Shown: one piece after another, positions 48,356-61,690 of the stretch
Numbering within the stretch: position 1 is the stretch's first letter
How the letters are laid out: each line of letters starts with the position of its first letter
NCBI GenBank assembly: GCA_964016885.1
Contig: OZ024759.1
Coordinates: 4,092,001-4,156,000, forward strand
Direction of reading: 5' to 3'
DNA length: 64,000 nucleotides
Source: Eledone cirrhosa
Lineage: Eukaryota
Program-made: the position numbers and the translations under genes
Notes under the pieces: model-generated
Told to the model about the DNA's origin: nothing
Databases searched by the model: none
What the model saw: only the letters and a program-made list of their open reading frames with translations

Positions 48356-49145
48356 TAATATACATATCATTAAACGTATCTCCTACATGTGTATAAATAA
48401 ATATACATGTATTTTATTAACAATTTTCTGTAGAATCTGTTAAACATGGAAGAAAATGTGGAGACTAAATAAAATTAACGTGTTGGTCACATTAACTTAA
48501 TAATATAACTATATATTAATGAAATATGTCGAAATAAAAGTTGTAATTGTGACAAAAATATTGATTCGGTAGTTTATTATGACCAAGATTGAATATTTAA
48601 TGGAATTAAGTGGAATTTATTAGGAAATAAGACAATAAAACAGTGAAATGTTGAGGTTAAAAGAGAGAAAAACAAAATGTCCTCTCTTTATAAACTTTAA
48701 TGTGGTTGAATTAGTAGCGGCTCGGCTTACTAAACTCAGCTCTCTCAAGGGTTCGAATCTCACGTAGTTTACTATAGTGTCTACAGAGTTATCTCCTACT
48801 GCTTTTATATAGTATCACTGTTTATTGTAAAGAGGGCGCTACAATCATTTACTAGTGTGACCAATGGTTTGCAGTCTGGCTTACTAACGCCAGGACTAAA
48901 GTGTTACATGGTTCCAACCGGGCTGGTTCCTTAATTTTTAAAAAGAGTTATCACCCATAGTCTTTCAGAGATTCCTCGAAAGGTGGCGTGGCGATCTGCT
49001 TTCATGAGGAGTAGTAAGAGACAATAATATATGTAAGGAGGAGGAGTGAGAGAGACAAAAACAAAACTGTGTTAATTCTCTCTCCCCCTCGCTTCTTTTA
49101 CTCTATCTACCTGTTATGTCTTCATTTCACTGTTTTATTGTCTTA

Positions 49146-49180
49146 CTAGCAGTGTATCCCGGCGTTGCACGGGTAAGAAC
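49146..49180 (-). mobile_element. Isolated Helitron 3' terminus
   Basis: Minus strand acccgtgcaacgccgggatacactgCTAG|t: hairpin followed by CTAG. Confidence 0.6.
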
Positions 49181-49239
49181 ATTGGTAATAGCACCTCCAA
49201 TGAGAAACCTTTATTTGTGAGTGCCTGTTAAAAACTCAC

Positions 49240-49475
49240 AAACTGGACATGCTCACCGACATCCAGAGTTGACACTGCACTCAGTGCTCCTGTGGGAGAC
49301 TCTGCATGGACACACTGGAAGAGGAAGACTGAGGTGAACATATGTTGATGCCCTCAGGACAGACACTGGTCTGTTGGAGGTGCAGGACATGGCAGTGATA
49401 ATGAGGGACAGAGACCCCTGGAGAGACCTCGTCTATGGTTCTTGGGAATTTTACCCGTCCTAGGTAGATAGATAT
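49240..49475 (+). mobile_element. 3' fragment of another non-LTR retrotransposon
   Basis: Translates ...VLLWETLHGHTGRGRL..YVDALRTDTG...MRDRDPWR and ends in a tagatagat tail. Confidence 0.55.
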
Positions 49476-49500
49476 ATTTGTATGTGTATATTTATATATA

Positions 49501-49543
<43 letters not shown>

Positions 49544-49611
49544 ATATGTGTTTGTATATGTATGTATATCTATACAAATATATAAAAATGAAATTGTGTG
49601 TGTGTGTGTGT

Positions 49612-49810
49612 CCTGATTTTTGCACCGCCAAGGAAGCACCAGAGATGTCGCAGCCTCAGGGCGTGTTTGTGCATCATCAGCCGCAGCATGCCAAGCCCTC
49701 CACGCAACGGGTGTTGACAGCAGATGAATAGTCTGACCATGGGAGCATGTCCCTTCCATAGAAAGCGGAAGAGGAGGTGCTCCATTTTTGTCAGAGTTGG
49801 GCCGGGGCAA
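49612..49810 (-). mobile_element. Tx1-like ORF2 fragment
   Basis: KMEHLLFRFLWKG..ICCQHPLRGGLGM..HALRLRHL, homologous to 11680-11850. Confidence 0.8.
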
Positions 49811-50072
49811 TATTTCCTAATTCCACTTAATTCCATTAAATATTCAATCTTGGTCGAAATAAATATTTTCATCTGTGACGATCTGTACAACCAATAATAG
49901 TAGGAGTCACGTTACATGATATGTATATATATATACAGGATGTCCCTAAAATATGTATACACATTTACATAGACTGTAGTTGAAGTGTGTATACATTTTG
50001 GGGAGACCCTGTATATATTTTATTTATATATATATATGTTAAAAGATGATTGATATATATATCTACACTCAA

Positions 50073-50462
50073 ATAAATTAATAAAATAATGAATAAACAA
50101 AGAAACAGTTCTTTATATTAAAAAAATTCATCATTTTACGATCGTTTCTAGGATATATATGTGTTAGAGTTGGTATGCATATTCTATAGATCTATGTACA
50201 ATATTTATAAAAACTATCAGAGGGAATATACATACCTACACATATATATGCTGTCTTCAGAAATAATATTATTTCTGAAGACATCATATATATGTGTAGG
50301 TATGTATATTCCCTCTGATAGTTTGTATAAATATTGTACATAGATCTATAGAATATGCATATCACCTCTAACACATATATATCCTAGAAACGATCGTAAA
50401 ATGATGAATTTTTTTAATATAAGGAACTGTTTCTTTGTTTATTCATTATTTTATTAATTTAT
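50073..50462. repeat. ~390-bp spacer-less palindrome
   Basis: Arms are near-perfect reverse complements about the centre gaaataat|attatttc (50267/50268). Mirror ORFs 50161-50343 (+) and 50192-50374 (-). Confidence 0.95.
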
Positions 50463-50656
50463 CTTGACTCTGTTTTCCGTTTATTTTTCACCGAAAGTAG
50501 TTGTTGAATGCATCTTCTCTTTTCATGATATCTGGATTACATTGAGTTCTTCATACGGATTGGACACTACCGTAAACTTTTGGTAGATTTATCTACATTC
50601 TACACTCAAATGTATATTTATATATATATAAATATATATAAATATATTTATATATT

Positions 50657-50697
<41 letters not shown>

Positions 50698-51494
50698 ATA
50701 TATATATACTTTTACGTGTATACATCTGAAAATGTATATATGGATGTAAACATATACGTAAACATACATGTTTACATATAGATGGACAGTTATACATATA
50801 CAATAACTTATTTCTATACATAAATATACCACAAGGCATGGTGCTGCCAACTAACCAGAGCTCCCTCATAATGGACCAGCTAGATCCCAAAATACAGGCC
50901 TGCTAGCCAACACACAGTCCCAATAAGTGCAAACTACAGCGCAGCTATCTGGACTGACTTCTCTTAAGACTACTCATTATCCCACTACATCTTTTGTATA
51001 CTATATATATACTGTATATATACTGTTTATATATATATACACACACACATATAATTGTGTGTTCACACATTATCTTAGTAATGAAATAATAATTTTAGTA
51101 AATTGTTCAAAATTCTTCATTAACCCTTTTGGTAGAAACCCAGCCAAAATAGGTTCTCCTTCTATGGAAATGGTTCCTATCTAAATTAAAGTCTTCCAAC
51201 GAAATTCTATATAACAACCATATGTTAAGTTACTATGTTAGTAATTAACTAACAATTGTGATAAATAGCCCAACATTATTCATAATTAATTGAAATACAA
51301 GGTTCATAATTATAATAAAATCTTCGAATAGGCTACGAAGCCGGTAAACCTTAAAGGTACGCAACACAAACATCGTTATAGCGTTTCACCAGGCAATTCC
51401 TTCCTCAATCATTACATAGATGTGTGTATGTAATAATTATTTTGTATTGTGTGTCTATTTATGAATATGTATGTGTAGATGTGTGTGTGTTGTG

Positions 51495-51912
51495 TGTGTG
51501 TAACCCAGTAGATGTGTGTATGTAACACAGTAGATGTGTGTGTATGTAACTCAGCAGATGTGTGTGTATGTAACTCAGCAGATGTGCGTGTATGTAACAC
51601 AGTAGATGTGTGTGTGTGTAACACAGTATATGTATGTGTATGTAACACACTAGATGTGTGTGTATATATAACACAGTAGATGTGTATGTAACACAGTAGA
51701 TGTGTGTATATGTAACACAGTTGATGTGTATATATAACACAGATGTGTATATAACACAGTAGATGTGTATATATAACACAGTAGATGTGTATATATAACA
51801 CAGTAGATGTGTGTGTATGTAACACAGTAGATCTGTGTGTATATAACACAGTAGATGTGTGTATATAACACAGTAGATGTGTGTATGTAACACAGTAGAT
51901 GTGTATGTAACT
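51495..51912. repeat. ~20-24-bp degenerate minisatellite
   Basis: Unit taacacagtagatgtgtgtatg with variable TG/TA length. Confidence 0.9.
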
Positions 51913-52426
51913 AAAGTGTAACGTACGTTACGAATGGACAACTAAAAGATTTTAACTTGTTTTTTAACAATTGATGGTAGAAACAAATTTAGATTGTCTC
52001 AATTCAGACCAGAAAGGGCCGCAACACACTTACCGGCTACATAGCCTCGGAGTCTATTTTACTGAGACCAGCTACATATCTTCTTCCTAAAATCTTCCAA
52101 CATAATTTTATACAAGAACCACATATTAAGTTACTAATAAAATAATTAATAATTAAAAACTTCAGTAAATCCTTCAAATGATATCTCAGTAATGAAATAA
52201 TTAATAATTGTTATAAATACCTCAAAATTCCTCATTAATTAAACCCAAGACAGGTAAAAACTCCAGAGTCTTTCAATCGGACATGAAACAAATTAATTTC
52301 TAATGGAAGAAGTAAAGATTGTAAAGTCAGCCAAGGGAGATCACTCTCAGCGACTTATCGTAATTCTTGTTCCTGAATTAATCCGGATTAAAATATTCTG
52401 GTGTATTTTGTGTGGAGGAAACCGGA

Positions 52427-52752
52427 TTTAGGCGGTGATAGCACGCAATACATGAACGTATGGTTCGTGAGTTCGAATCCCATACCGGGTGGTCTGTACG
52501 TCGGGGCCTTGAACAAGACACTTTATTTCTCATTGTTTTATTTCACCCAGCTGGCAAAAATAATAAGTTGTAATAATTATAGTGGAAATGTTGTTACATA
52601 GAATTGTCACACTGAATCTCCCTGAGAAGAATGTCAACGGTATACGTGTCAATGAAATACTCAGACACATTATAATATAAGATGGGTTCTACATGTATTT
52701 CAAAGGGAAGCCATGCCATACGTCTTGCTGAATCTCCCTGAGAACTACGTAT
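52427..52752 (+). mobile_element. Degenerate family-B SINE
   Basis: gagttcgaatccc B-box, ccttgaacaagacactttatttc core and a duplicated gaatctccctgag. Confidence 0.65.
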
Positions 52753-52757
52753 ATACT

Positions 52758-53512
52758 AGTGACTATCAGACATAGTGTATCTAGGATTACATTATCTAAT
52801 GTACAGTACAGTAGTTAGTATTAGTGGCTATAAGACATAGTATATCTAGGACTACATTATCTAATGTACAGTATAGAAATTAGTATTAATGGCTATCAGA
52901 CATAGTGTACCTAGGACTACATTATCTAATGTACAGTATAGTGTCTATCAGACATAGTGTATCTAGGACTACATTATCTAATGTACAGTATAGTGGCTAT
53001 CAGACATAGTGTACCTCGGACTACATTATCTAATGTACAGTATAGTGGCTATCAGACATAGTGTATCTAGGACTACATTATCTAATGTACAGTATAGTGT
53101 CTATCAGACATAGTGTATCTAGGATTACATTATCTAATGTACAGTATAGTAGCTATTAGACATAGTGTACCTAGGACTACATTATCTAATGTACAGTATA
53201 GTGGCTATCAGACATAGTGTACCTAGGACTACATTATATAATGTACAGTATAGTGGCTATCAGACATAGTGTACCTAGGACTACATTGTCTAATGTACAG
53301 TATAGTGGCTATCAGACATAGTGTATCTAGGACTACATTATATAATGTACAGTATAGTGGCTATCAGACATAGTGTACCTAGGACTACATTATCTAATGT
53401 ACAGTATAGTGGCTATCAGACATAGTGTACCTAGGACTACATTATATAATGTACAGTATAGTGGCTATCAGACATAGTGTACCTAGGACTACATTATCTA
53501 ATGTACTATATA
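52758..53512. repeat. 52-bp minisatellite (~14 copies)
   Basis: Unit tagtggctatcagacatagtgtacctaggactacattatctaatgtacagta. Confidence 0.95.
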
Positions 53513-53549
53513 GCAGTTAGTAATTGTGGCTATCATTATTATAGACTTC

Positions 53550-54124
53550 AAGTCGGTAGAGGGTCAGACGCTATGCTTTCCAGCATAGTTACGTACCTTT
53601 ACGATCTGAGTTCAAATCCCGCCGAGGTTGACTTTGTCTTTCATCCTTAGGGGGTCGATAAAATAAAGTACCAGTAATGCACTGGGTAATTGCTGGTCTT
53701 GTGCCTAAAGTAGAAACAATTATTATAGACTTCAAGTAAATCTTTGTCAACTTACCTCATTCACATATAATCAATGTGTTCTGTTGTTAGTTGTAACTAA
53801 ACAACCAAAGAAATAATCTCTTTGTTATCAAATTAAAAGTTTCAAAGATGTTATCAGCTTTATTTCACGACATTAACGTTGGTGTATCTTCTTCATCTTT
53901 AGTCATGAATTGATATCTTGTCAGAATGAAGTAGTGAGGCTGACTTTATGTCTTTAGCTACAGATTTGATAGGAAATATATATATTGTCTATAAATGACT
54001 GATAGCAGATGTTCTGGTGAAATAGTAGTTTTACTACTACAGATTGTAATGGAACTCTTAGTAGACACAATTGTAAAGTAAGAATAGATATGACAGTGTA
54101 AGACTGATGTCGGGGAAATAAACT

Positions 54125-54167
<43 letters not shown>

Positions 54168-54390
54168 GTTACACAAGATATAATTAGATTAATTAAAGTT
54201 ATAATTGTTTCTACTTTAGGCACAAGGCCAGCAATTACCCAGTGCATTACTGGTACTTTATTTTATCGACCCCGTAAGGATGAAAGGCAAAGTCAACCTC
54301 GGCAGGATTTGAACTCAGATCGTAAAGGGACGTAACTATGCTGGAAAGCATGGCGTCCGACCCTCTACCGATACTGCCAATTCACCGCAA
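53550..54390. mobile_element. Two family-A SINEs (plus 53550-53722; minus 54203-54390)
   Basis: Family-A core and tail in both copies. The plus copy is flanked by a repeated ttattatagacttcaagt (TSD-like). Confidence 0.8.
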
Positions 54391-55284
54391 TGAAGGCAGC
54401 AGGTACTCGGTGTCGTTGTGCATGTTTCAACTCTCTTCCTGGTGTCATACGTTAAAAGTCCCTGATATAATTTAATACCTTCAGACACAGTTCCAATCGT
54501 TTTTAGTTTATTGTAAATCAGAAAGTATCACTCAATAAAATATCAATTATATATCAATAAGAAAACCTCTAGGTAGTCTCACTGACTGCTAGAAATAGCA
54601 GCGATATTACCCATTACAACTGCTCTCTCTCTCTCTATATATATATATACACACATATATGTACGTATGTATGTATATGTGTATATATGTGTATGAATGA
54701 GTGTGTATGTGTGTATATGTGTACATAGGGTTTTGGTATATGTACGTTTGGTGAACATATGTGTATTTACCTGTAGGAATGTGAGTGTGCGTTCTATACG
54801 CATTTATGCGTGTATATTTATATATGTATTTATAATTATATGTATATATACACACACAAACATATATTTATATGTGTATTTGGTGCATACAATCGTATGT
54901 GTGCGGGTATATGTGTTGCGCCGGTTTACGTCCGTGCGCGCCTGTTTATGTGTACGTATATGTATATGCATGCATGCCGTGAGTTTTCGCATATGCTCAT
55001 GTATAAATGTGTGTATGTATATATTTAATTATTATTACTTTTATGATTTTAATAACATCTGTCATTTTCGTTCAACTAATTTATTTACATTATTCTGGAC
55101 TCCGAAGCCGAGCATCATTCAGTTTCCTTAATAGAATATTAGTCTACGACTCCATTTACACCATAAAGGTGGTTTTGTCTTTACGTGTAATTGTTGTCAC
55201 CGCTCCACATAACGACGTATTATCTTCTTTTTCCCGTTCATTGCCAGAGAATGTCTTCACGAATCAAAGCATAAATTATTTTCC

Positions 55285-55848
55285 CGAGCTGACGTACCCA
55301 GCTTCGCCCGGGTAAACAGATGATAAAAGAAAAGGTCCCTATTTACTCCCTTCACAACTCTGTATGTTAGACTGACAGACAGGCACACAGACAGATAAAC
55401 TGCGTGGCGATTGTGGAACGCCGCACGTATACACACATACACGCACACAAACTTACACACGCACCCGTGCACTTACACACACGCACACACTCACACATGT
55501 TGATAGTTTTTACTTTCTGTGGAACGCTGCACGCACGCACACATACATAAACATACGCGCACGTACATACACACGCACACGTGTTAATAGTTATTGCTTT
55601 CCTTCCCCTCTTATTTCCACACACATCACACACACACACACACGTCTCTACACTGACACATATACATAGTGTATCCAACACAGCGTTCACTTTGCCTCTC
55701 TCCGCCTCTCACTCTCTCATTGGCATTATACATATTAATTTAAGTTTGGCGTAGTTGAGGTGGGCGGAGTCGTTTGAAACCTATGAACCAATGATAATCG
55801 AGAATTATGACACATGGAATATTGACATTGTTGAAATTAATATATAGA
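55285..55848 (-). mobile_element. Non-autonomous deletion derivative of the adjacent Helitron
   Basis: 55325-55848 is homologous to 61275-61690. The 3' end acccgggcgaagctgggtacgtcagCTCG matches the large element's end. Confidence 0.88.
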
Positions 55849-58800
55849 CTAGCTGACGTACCTAGCTTCGCCCGGGTAAACAGATGATAAGAGAAGACAG
55901 GTAAAAGAGAAAATGTCTGTATTGGATGTTTGTCTGGTTACAGTGTGAGGCGAGTCCGTGTTGTCTGTGTGATACAAAAAAACAGTAAAAATAATCTTCC
56001 AGATATACCAGATTCTTCGTCGTGCGGTTTGTGCATAGTATATGAACAATTCTAGGTGCTCCCACCTAGAATAGTGACCTCTAGGAGATGGTTCCTCTTC
56101 TGCCTGACTGGAAAACGTGTATCATTGCATAGACGTGGTTGTTCCACGTTTCTCAAAAGGATGATGGAAGTTCCAATCTTTTATATTATATGTAGATATA
56201 GATATAGATAATTAATAAAAAAGATGTCCGTCAATGTAAAGAAGGTCCCTATTTACTTGAAATGGTTTATACAAATGCCAAATTAATATGGATATGGATA
56301 ACATGCTTATCTATAAGTGGTCAGCTATAATAATAAAACAACAAATTATATGACACAAAAATTTATTCAGTAATTTCCAGGCTCTTAGCCACTGAGTAAT
56401 AGACAGTCAATATTGCCCAGAGTTCAACTCGGGGAGGTGGCCTGGTTTGAACTCAAAATGGCGGATCCTTCTACTTCGAAAATAGAATCGTTTTTCAATA
56501 TTACTCTAGCCCTGGCCGGCCATAGGCACCAAACTTTTTGCCAGACTCAGCATATGATGAGGTTTTATTACCACTGCAATCAGAAGCGATAAATTTGAAG
56601 GCAATTTCTACCAATACTTGTTGGTTTTTATTGCTCATTATCGACAATAAATGACATTGGACATAAATGATAACTCTGCCAAAGCTCACAATACAAATGA
56701 AAGGAAACCAATGTCCGAATCATATACGTCGCTTATTGATAGCTTTAAAGATATGCATACATCAGCTCAAAGCTTCATTATAGACAATATTTAGGTTTGT
56801 TACTCTGTTAGTGGTATCAATTGCAAATTTTATACCATCAGGATCGCACACTCGAGATGCAGCAACATAGAGTTGCCCATGGCTGAATGCTGGATCATTC
56901 AAGTAGACACCGACTCGCTTGAAAGTCTGTCCCTGTGCCTTGTTGACAGTCATGGAGAAGGCCAAATTGACGGGAAACTGTCTCCTTTGCCAAATAAATG
57001 GCAGCAGATCTTCACTTGGTCTCAGCATGATCCTCGGAATGAGAACCGATTCCTCTCTGCCTGGGAGTTTAGCTTCTAAATCTCTTCCGTTAATCAATCT
57101 CTCAACAATCAATCTGGTACCATTGCAAAGACCCATTTTATGATTGATATTTCTAAGCAATATAATCGGCAAACCCTTTTTCAACCTCAAAATATGTGGG
57201 GGAAATCCGGGTATTTGAAGTGAATTCAGATACTCAGTCGGAACATCCATACTGTTCTGCTGATTAGGCTCCATTGCATACGCACTGACGGTCAACCATT
57301 CCTCTCCAGGAAACATTCCGGCTACTTGTGAATTTATTTCATCGACCGTTGTATTCGTATGAGTTAGAATAACATGTTCCGATATCCAGGAGATATTCTG
57401 CCAAAAAGCATTCAAATTAGGGAACACCCAGTCAATCAAGCCTTGGCGGTCCAGTGGCATGACCAAATGGTCTGGGATTCATACAGTCTGATTATCACCA
57501 ACGTGTGGCAATTCATCGTTTCCCAACTGCATCAACCATCGGCCGTATGTCTCAGCCTCTTCGTTTTGCCCGAACATAGGAAGTCGCATATTATCGTGTA
57601 ATCGCAAAACTCTGAAATGGCCCCACAACGGGGACTTTTTCAGACATGCATCGACAATTTGCGCTCTTTGAGCATTCCTAACAATTGGTAGCACCTGTCT
57701 GAAATCACCACCAACAACGATAGTCTTACCACTGAATGGCAGGTCACTACCGCAGATATCTCTCAAAGTTCTGTCCAATGCCTCCAGCAAATATCTGTGT
57801 GCCATTGGAGCCTCGTCCCAAATAATCAGAGACGTATTGCGTATAAGGCCCGCGAGTTCACTTTGTCCTGTAATATTACAGACACTCAACTCATCTGGAG
57901 CCAATGGAGCCTTGAAGCATGAGTGGAAGGTCCTTCCACCACTCAGCAAAGTGGCAGCGATGCCCCTGGTGGGCACAGGGAGAGCAATCTTCCTCTGAGC
58001 TCTGACTGCCGATAACATAGTGTTGAAACAGAATGTCTTTCCGGTGCCTCCTGGAACATCTATGAAAGCACAAAGTTGCTCATTAGTGGAAATCGAGTGG
58101 AGAGCGCCATCGACCAATTCTCTGTGAGATTGGGTCAACATTGGCATACGTTCATCCACAATACGTTGCTGTTCCAGTGGATCAAACTGGAATAGTTCCC
58201 TCCGATCGAGTGGCAACCGTCTAAGCTGCAATCTCATGTTCAATGCTAAGACACGTTGCCGCATTTCTTCATCAGGAATTGGCAAATTGAAATCTGTTAA
58301 ACATTTCAAATGAACTTCGAGCAGTTGCTCAATATTGAGCAAAACAATAGCCTTCATCAAATGTTCATCATAGACCTGAAGATGGTGCCTAAAATCATCA
58401 GCCATAATTCCCCAATGGCGTTCAAATAACTCTCTTGGATCGGCAGGATTGCAGAATCCTAGAATCGTGACAAACAACTGCCATATTCGAGCTGGCATCT
58501 GTGTTGTTCCTGCAGCTTCCATGGCGTTATTCCATTCAGCGTCATCCTGAAGGAGTCCCAGATGCTGACACACAGCCTGGTATCTTTTATATTCCACGCC
58601 ATTGATTGTTTTCAAATCAGCGAAGCTCTGTTTACCTCTCGAAAAATCACTATGCAACAGAATTCGGAGATAAAACACATCACCAGATGCTGGATGGACA
58701 TTACAAACCCGTCCAATAGTCATGAATCTCAACTTTTGTTTTCTATCATTCCATTTCTTTCCCTTCTTATCCCACGTATAGTGCGAAGGGAAATCGCAGT

Positions 58801-61690
58801 AGAGTTGCTTTTGATCCGGGTTCAAAGCATGTTCCCTATTATGCTTGAACCACTCAGTCAATTCCGTCTTAGGAGGTGGTGCGTTAGCAATTCTTTCTAT
58901 ACCTCTTCTACTGTCCTTAAAACAGACCATTTGCCTATTCTCTAAGTGAACCGTCAGTTTCTGAACGCTGTGTTTGCGTTCATTGAGATCAAAATCGAAC
59001 AATCTCCAGCAAGCTTCGCTAGATCCAATCGAGCGAACATCCTGGAACCTGCCAACTTCATCTCCTTGGTTCGCTTCCTCATTCCTGACATTCATCATTG
59101 CCCCATCATGACCTTTGTAAACATACTTGAATAGATATTTGCAAGCTTTCACTGAGCTACAAATTTCCACATTAATATGACAACGATATTTCATAATCAA
59201 ATATGGATTGTATGGCACAACCCATTGATTTGTAACCTGTCGACCGTTTACATTTTCGACCAAACCGCCATCGGCAGGCGACCGTCTTCTGTATGAGGGA
59301 TGAGCATCCCCATCATTCCAGGAAGTGTTCCTGACAAAAGATTTCGGAAAGTGCTTACTGCATTGGCCATTTTTCATGCAAGGCGCTTTCCGATTTGCCA
59401 CTCCGCATTGGTTGTGCACCATTGACTTTGCCACCAAGTTGCATAGTGCCTCATTCTCCGGCAGTTCAGCACACACAATGCTGTCGACATCCTCAGCACA
59501 TCACAATTTGCAATCTCTATGTAAAATGATCAGCAAATGTGCATGTGGCAATCCTCTTTTTTGGAATTCAATTACATATGTAAAAGCAACTATACCTCCA
59601 AAGATTCCCTCTTTTTCCACATCATCCATTATCTTTTTCAGATATCCTTTGAATACTCTTGCCACAATATCAGGACGGTCCTTTGGCTGTTGTCCTGGCA
59701 AAAGTGCATCCTTAATATCAGTCCATTCAGGATTGCATGTAACAGTTATAAACAAATCTGGCTTTCCAAACTTTCTGACAATAGCCATTGCATCCTGATA
59801 GCGAATGTTCATATATCTCGGGCCGCCGATGAACGACGATGGCAAAATGATGCGTCGACCAATTTGCTTGTAATTGGCATCATCGGCTGTTATCGCATCC
59901 TGTATATTATTATACAATTCAGCTCTGATATGTTGCTGATGTGTAGCTATATAATTTAGCCTTTGATTTTCGATCTTTGCGTATGCTATACAACAGTATT
60001 CCTGGAACAATCTGCTGGCTTGAAATAGCGCATTTCTCTGTTGATTCCTCTCGTTCAAATGGAACGCGTAAAAGTCGCGAATCGAATTATTGTGTCTATT
60101 GCCACCTCCCTGTTGATGCTGATTCTCATGATCATCTAAATGAACAGACATGTTCCATCCATTTTCACCTTTTGGGAATAAAAGAACATAATGCAATGGA
60201 TGGTATGTCCTATTTGACTCATTGATAGTGTTGAGACCACCATCTCTGCGATTGAGGGCGATATCTCTCGATCCAGGCTTATCGTCCATCAACACAGCAA
60301 CTTCACGAAATCCTTCGGGGGCATTATATCGCCGTTCGTGTTGATTCCTTGGCACTGCGTCAGCCTTAATCACCAATGTTTGTTGCTGAACATTCTGCAG
60401 TTCAGCCACCAACATGAAATCCATAACATAAGGATTACACTGTCTAAGCCATGATTGCAAATCATGGATCAAATCACTTAACCTTTGCCGTTCAAGTTCA
60501 GTTATATTTCCCGGCAACTTCATCCAACCGATCCTGATATCCTCCTCCGATTCACTATAATCTGGATTGTTAACGTAAATTTGAGCGAATCAAGGCCTCT
60601 CTCCTGGGGTAACTTCTAAATTATCGATACAATGATACAAACGGCATTGAATGACGACATTCGGTTGCCATGCTCCACTCTCAAACATCTCACTAACTCT
60701 CTGCGATGCTAAAGCTAATAAATTGTTAATTTGCCGCGAATATTTGCGCAGTAATCTACCTCGGTCTCATTGATCACCCCACATACTTAGTATTTTAAAC
60801 TCCGGTGACTCCCCATCATCCGGCATTCGCAAAGGTTCTAGTTGAACTGCTCCTTTGTGACAGCACATTGTGGTCCACGTCTTTTCGTGCCACCAAAGCA
60901 ATGCTCCACAATGTGGAGACCCTGGTCGTCCACCAATCTGACAGTGACACGGTTGCCATGATCCATTTTTAATATCATTCGTTCGCCTCTTTACTGGAAT
61001 GAGGAGCACTTTGCGACACATTCCCTGAACTTCTGTATTGCGCTGGCGCTGTTCAGCCAGCTCCTCTTCATCCACCGGAGCACGCCATTGCTGCTGAATT
61101 CTGGCCACCTGCTGATGATGCTCAGCCAGTTCGTTTTTCAACCATCGCAGCACTCCGTCGCCGCTGTAGTTCACTGTTTGATAAAGTCGAATTGCTTTTC
61201 TTATCAGTATTCATTTGGAGCAATTGTAAAAAAAAATGACACAATAATAAATATAAAAGATGTCCGTCAATGTAAAGAAATGTCCCTATTTACTCCCTTC
61301 ACAACTCTGTGTATGACAGACAGGCACACAGACAGATAAACTGCGCGGCGATTGTGGAACGTCACACGCATACACGCATGGAAACGCGCACACGCACACA
61401 AACTTACACACGCACACACTCACACATGTTGATAGTTTTTACTTTTTGTGGAACACTGCACGCACGCACACACACATAAACATACGCGCACATACATACA
61501 CACGCATACATGTTAATAGTTATTGAACACAGTGTTCACACTCTCCCCTCTCACTCCCTCATTGGCATTATGCATATTAATTTCAGTTTGGCGTCGTTGG
61601 GGTGGGCGGAGTCCTTTGAAACCTATGAACCAATGATAATCGAGAATTGTGACACACGGAATACTGACGTTCTTCAAATTAATAAATAGA
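55849..61690 (-). mobile_element. Near full-length Helitron
   Basis: a|TCtatttattaat 5' end at 61690; acccgggcgaagctaggtacgtcagCTAG 3' end at 55849; RepHel coding region inside. Confidence 0.93.
56762..61174 (-). pseudogene. Helitron Rep/PIF1 helicase (RepHel) with several stops and frameshifts
   Basis: GKPDLFITVTCNPEW, YVIEFQKRGLPHAHLLI (HUH), KYLFKYVYKGHD (Y2), PGGTGKTF, IIWDEAPMAH, GGDFRQVLP, RRQFPV..TVNKAQGQT, FSHGQLYVAASRV. Confidence 0.93.

Noticed and set aside
48700-48930. tRNA genes
   Set aside because: Only degenerate A/B-box-like words are present and no cloverleaf can be built. Likewise, the other tRNA-like heads in the window belong to SINEs.
1-53512. Regular tandem arrays (51, 73, 49, 61 and 52 bp) as CRISPR arrays
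   Set aside because: Units repeat head-to-tail with no unique spacers, there are no cas genes, and the context is eukaryotic with spliceosomal introns.
53756-53958. Possible upstream exon of the receptor gene (gag|gtaag donor on the minus strand)
   Set aside because: All three frames have stops just before the donor. It could only be non-coding, which cannot be supported from sequence alone.
54579-55690. Cys/Val/Tyr/His-rich ORFs here and at 21521-21715, 50648-50890 and 51412-51941
   Set aside because: These are translations of (TA)n/(CA)n microsatellite-rich sequence.
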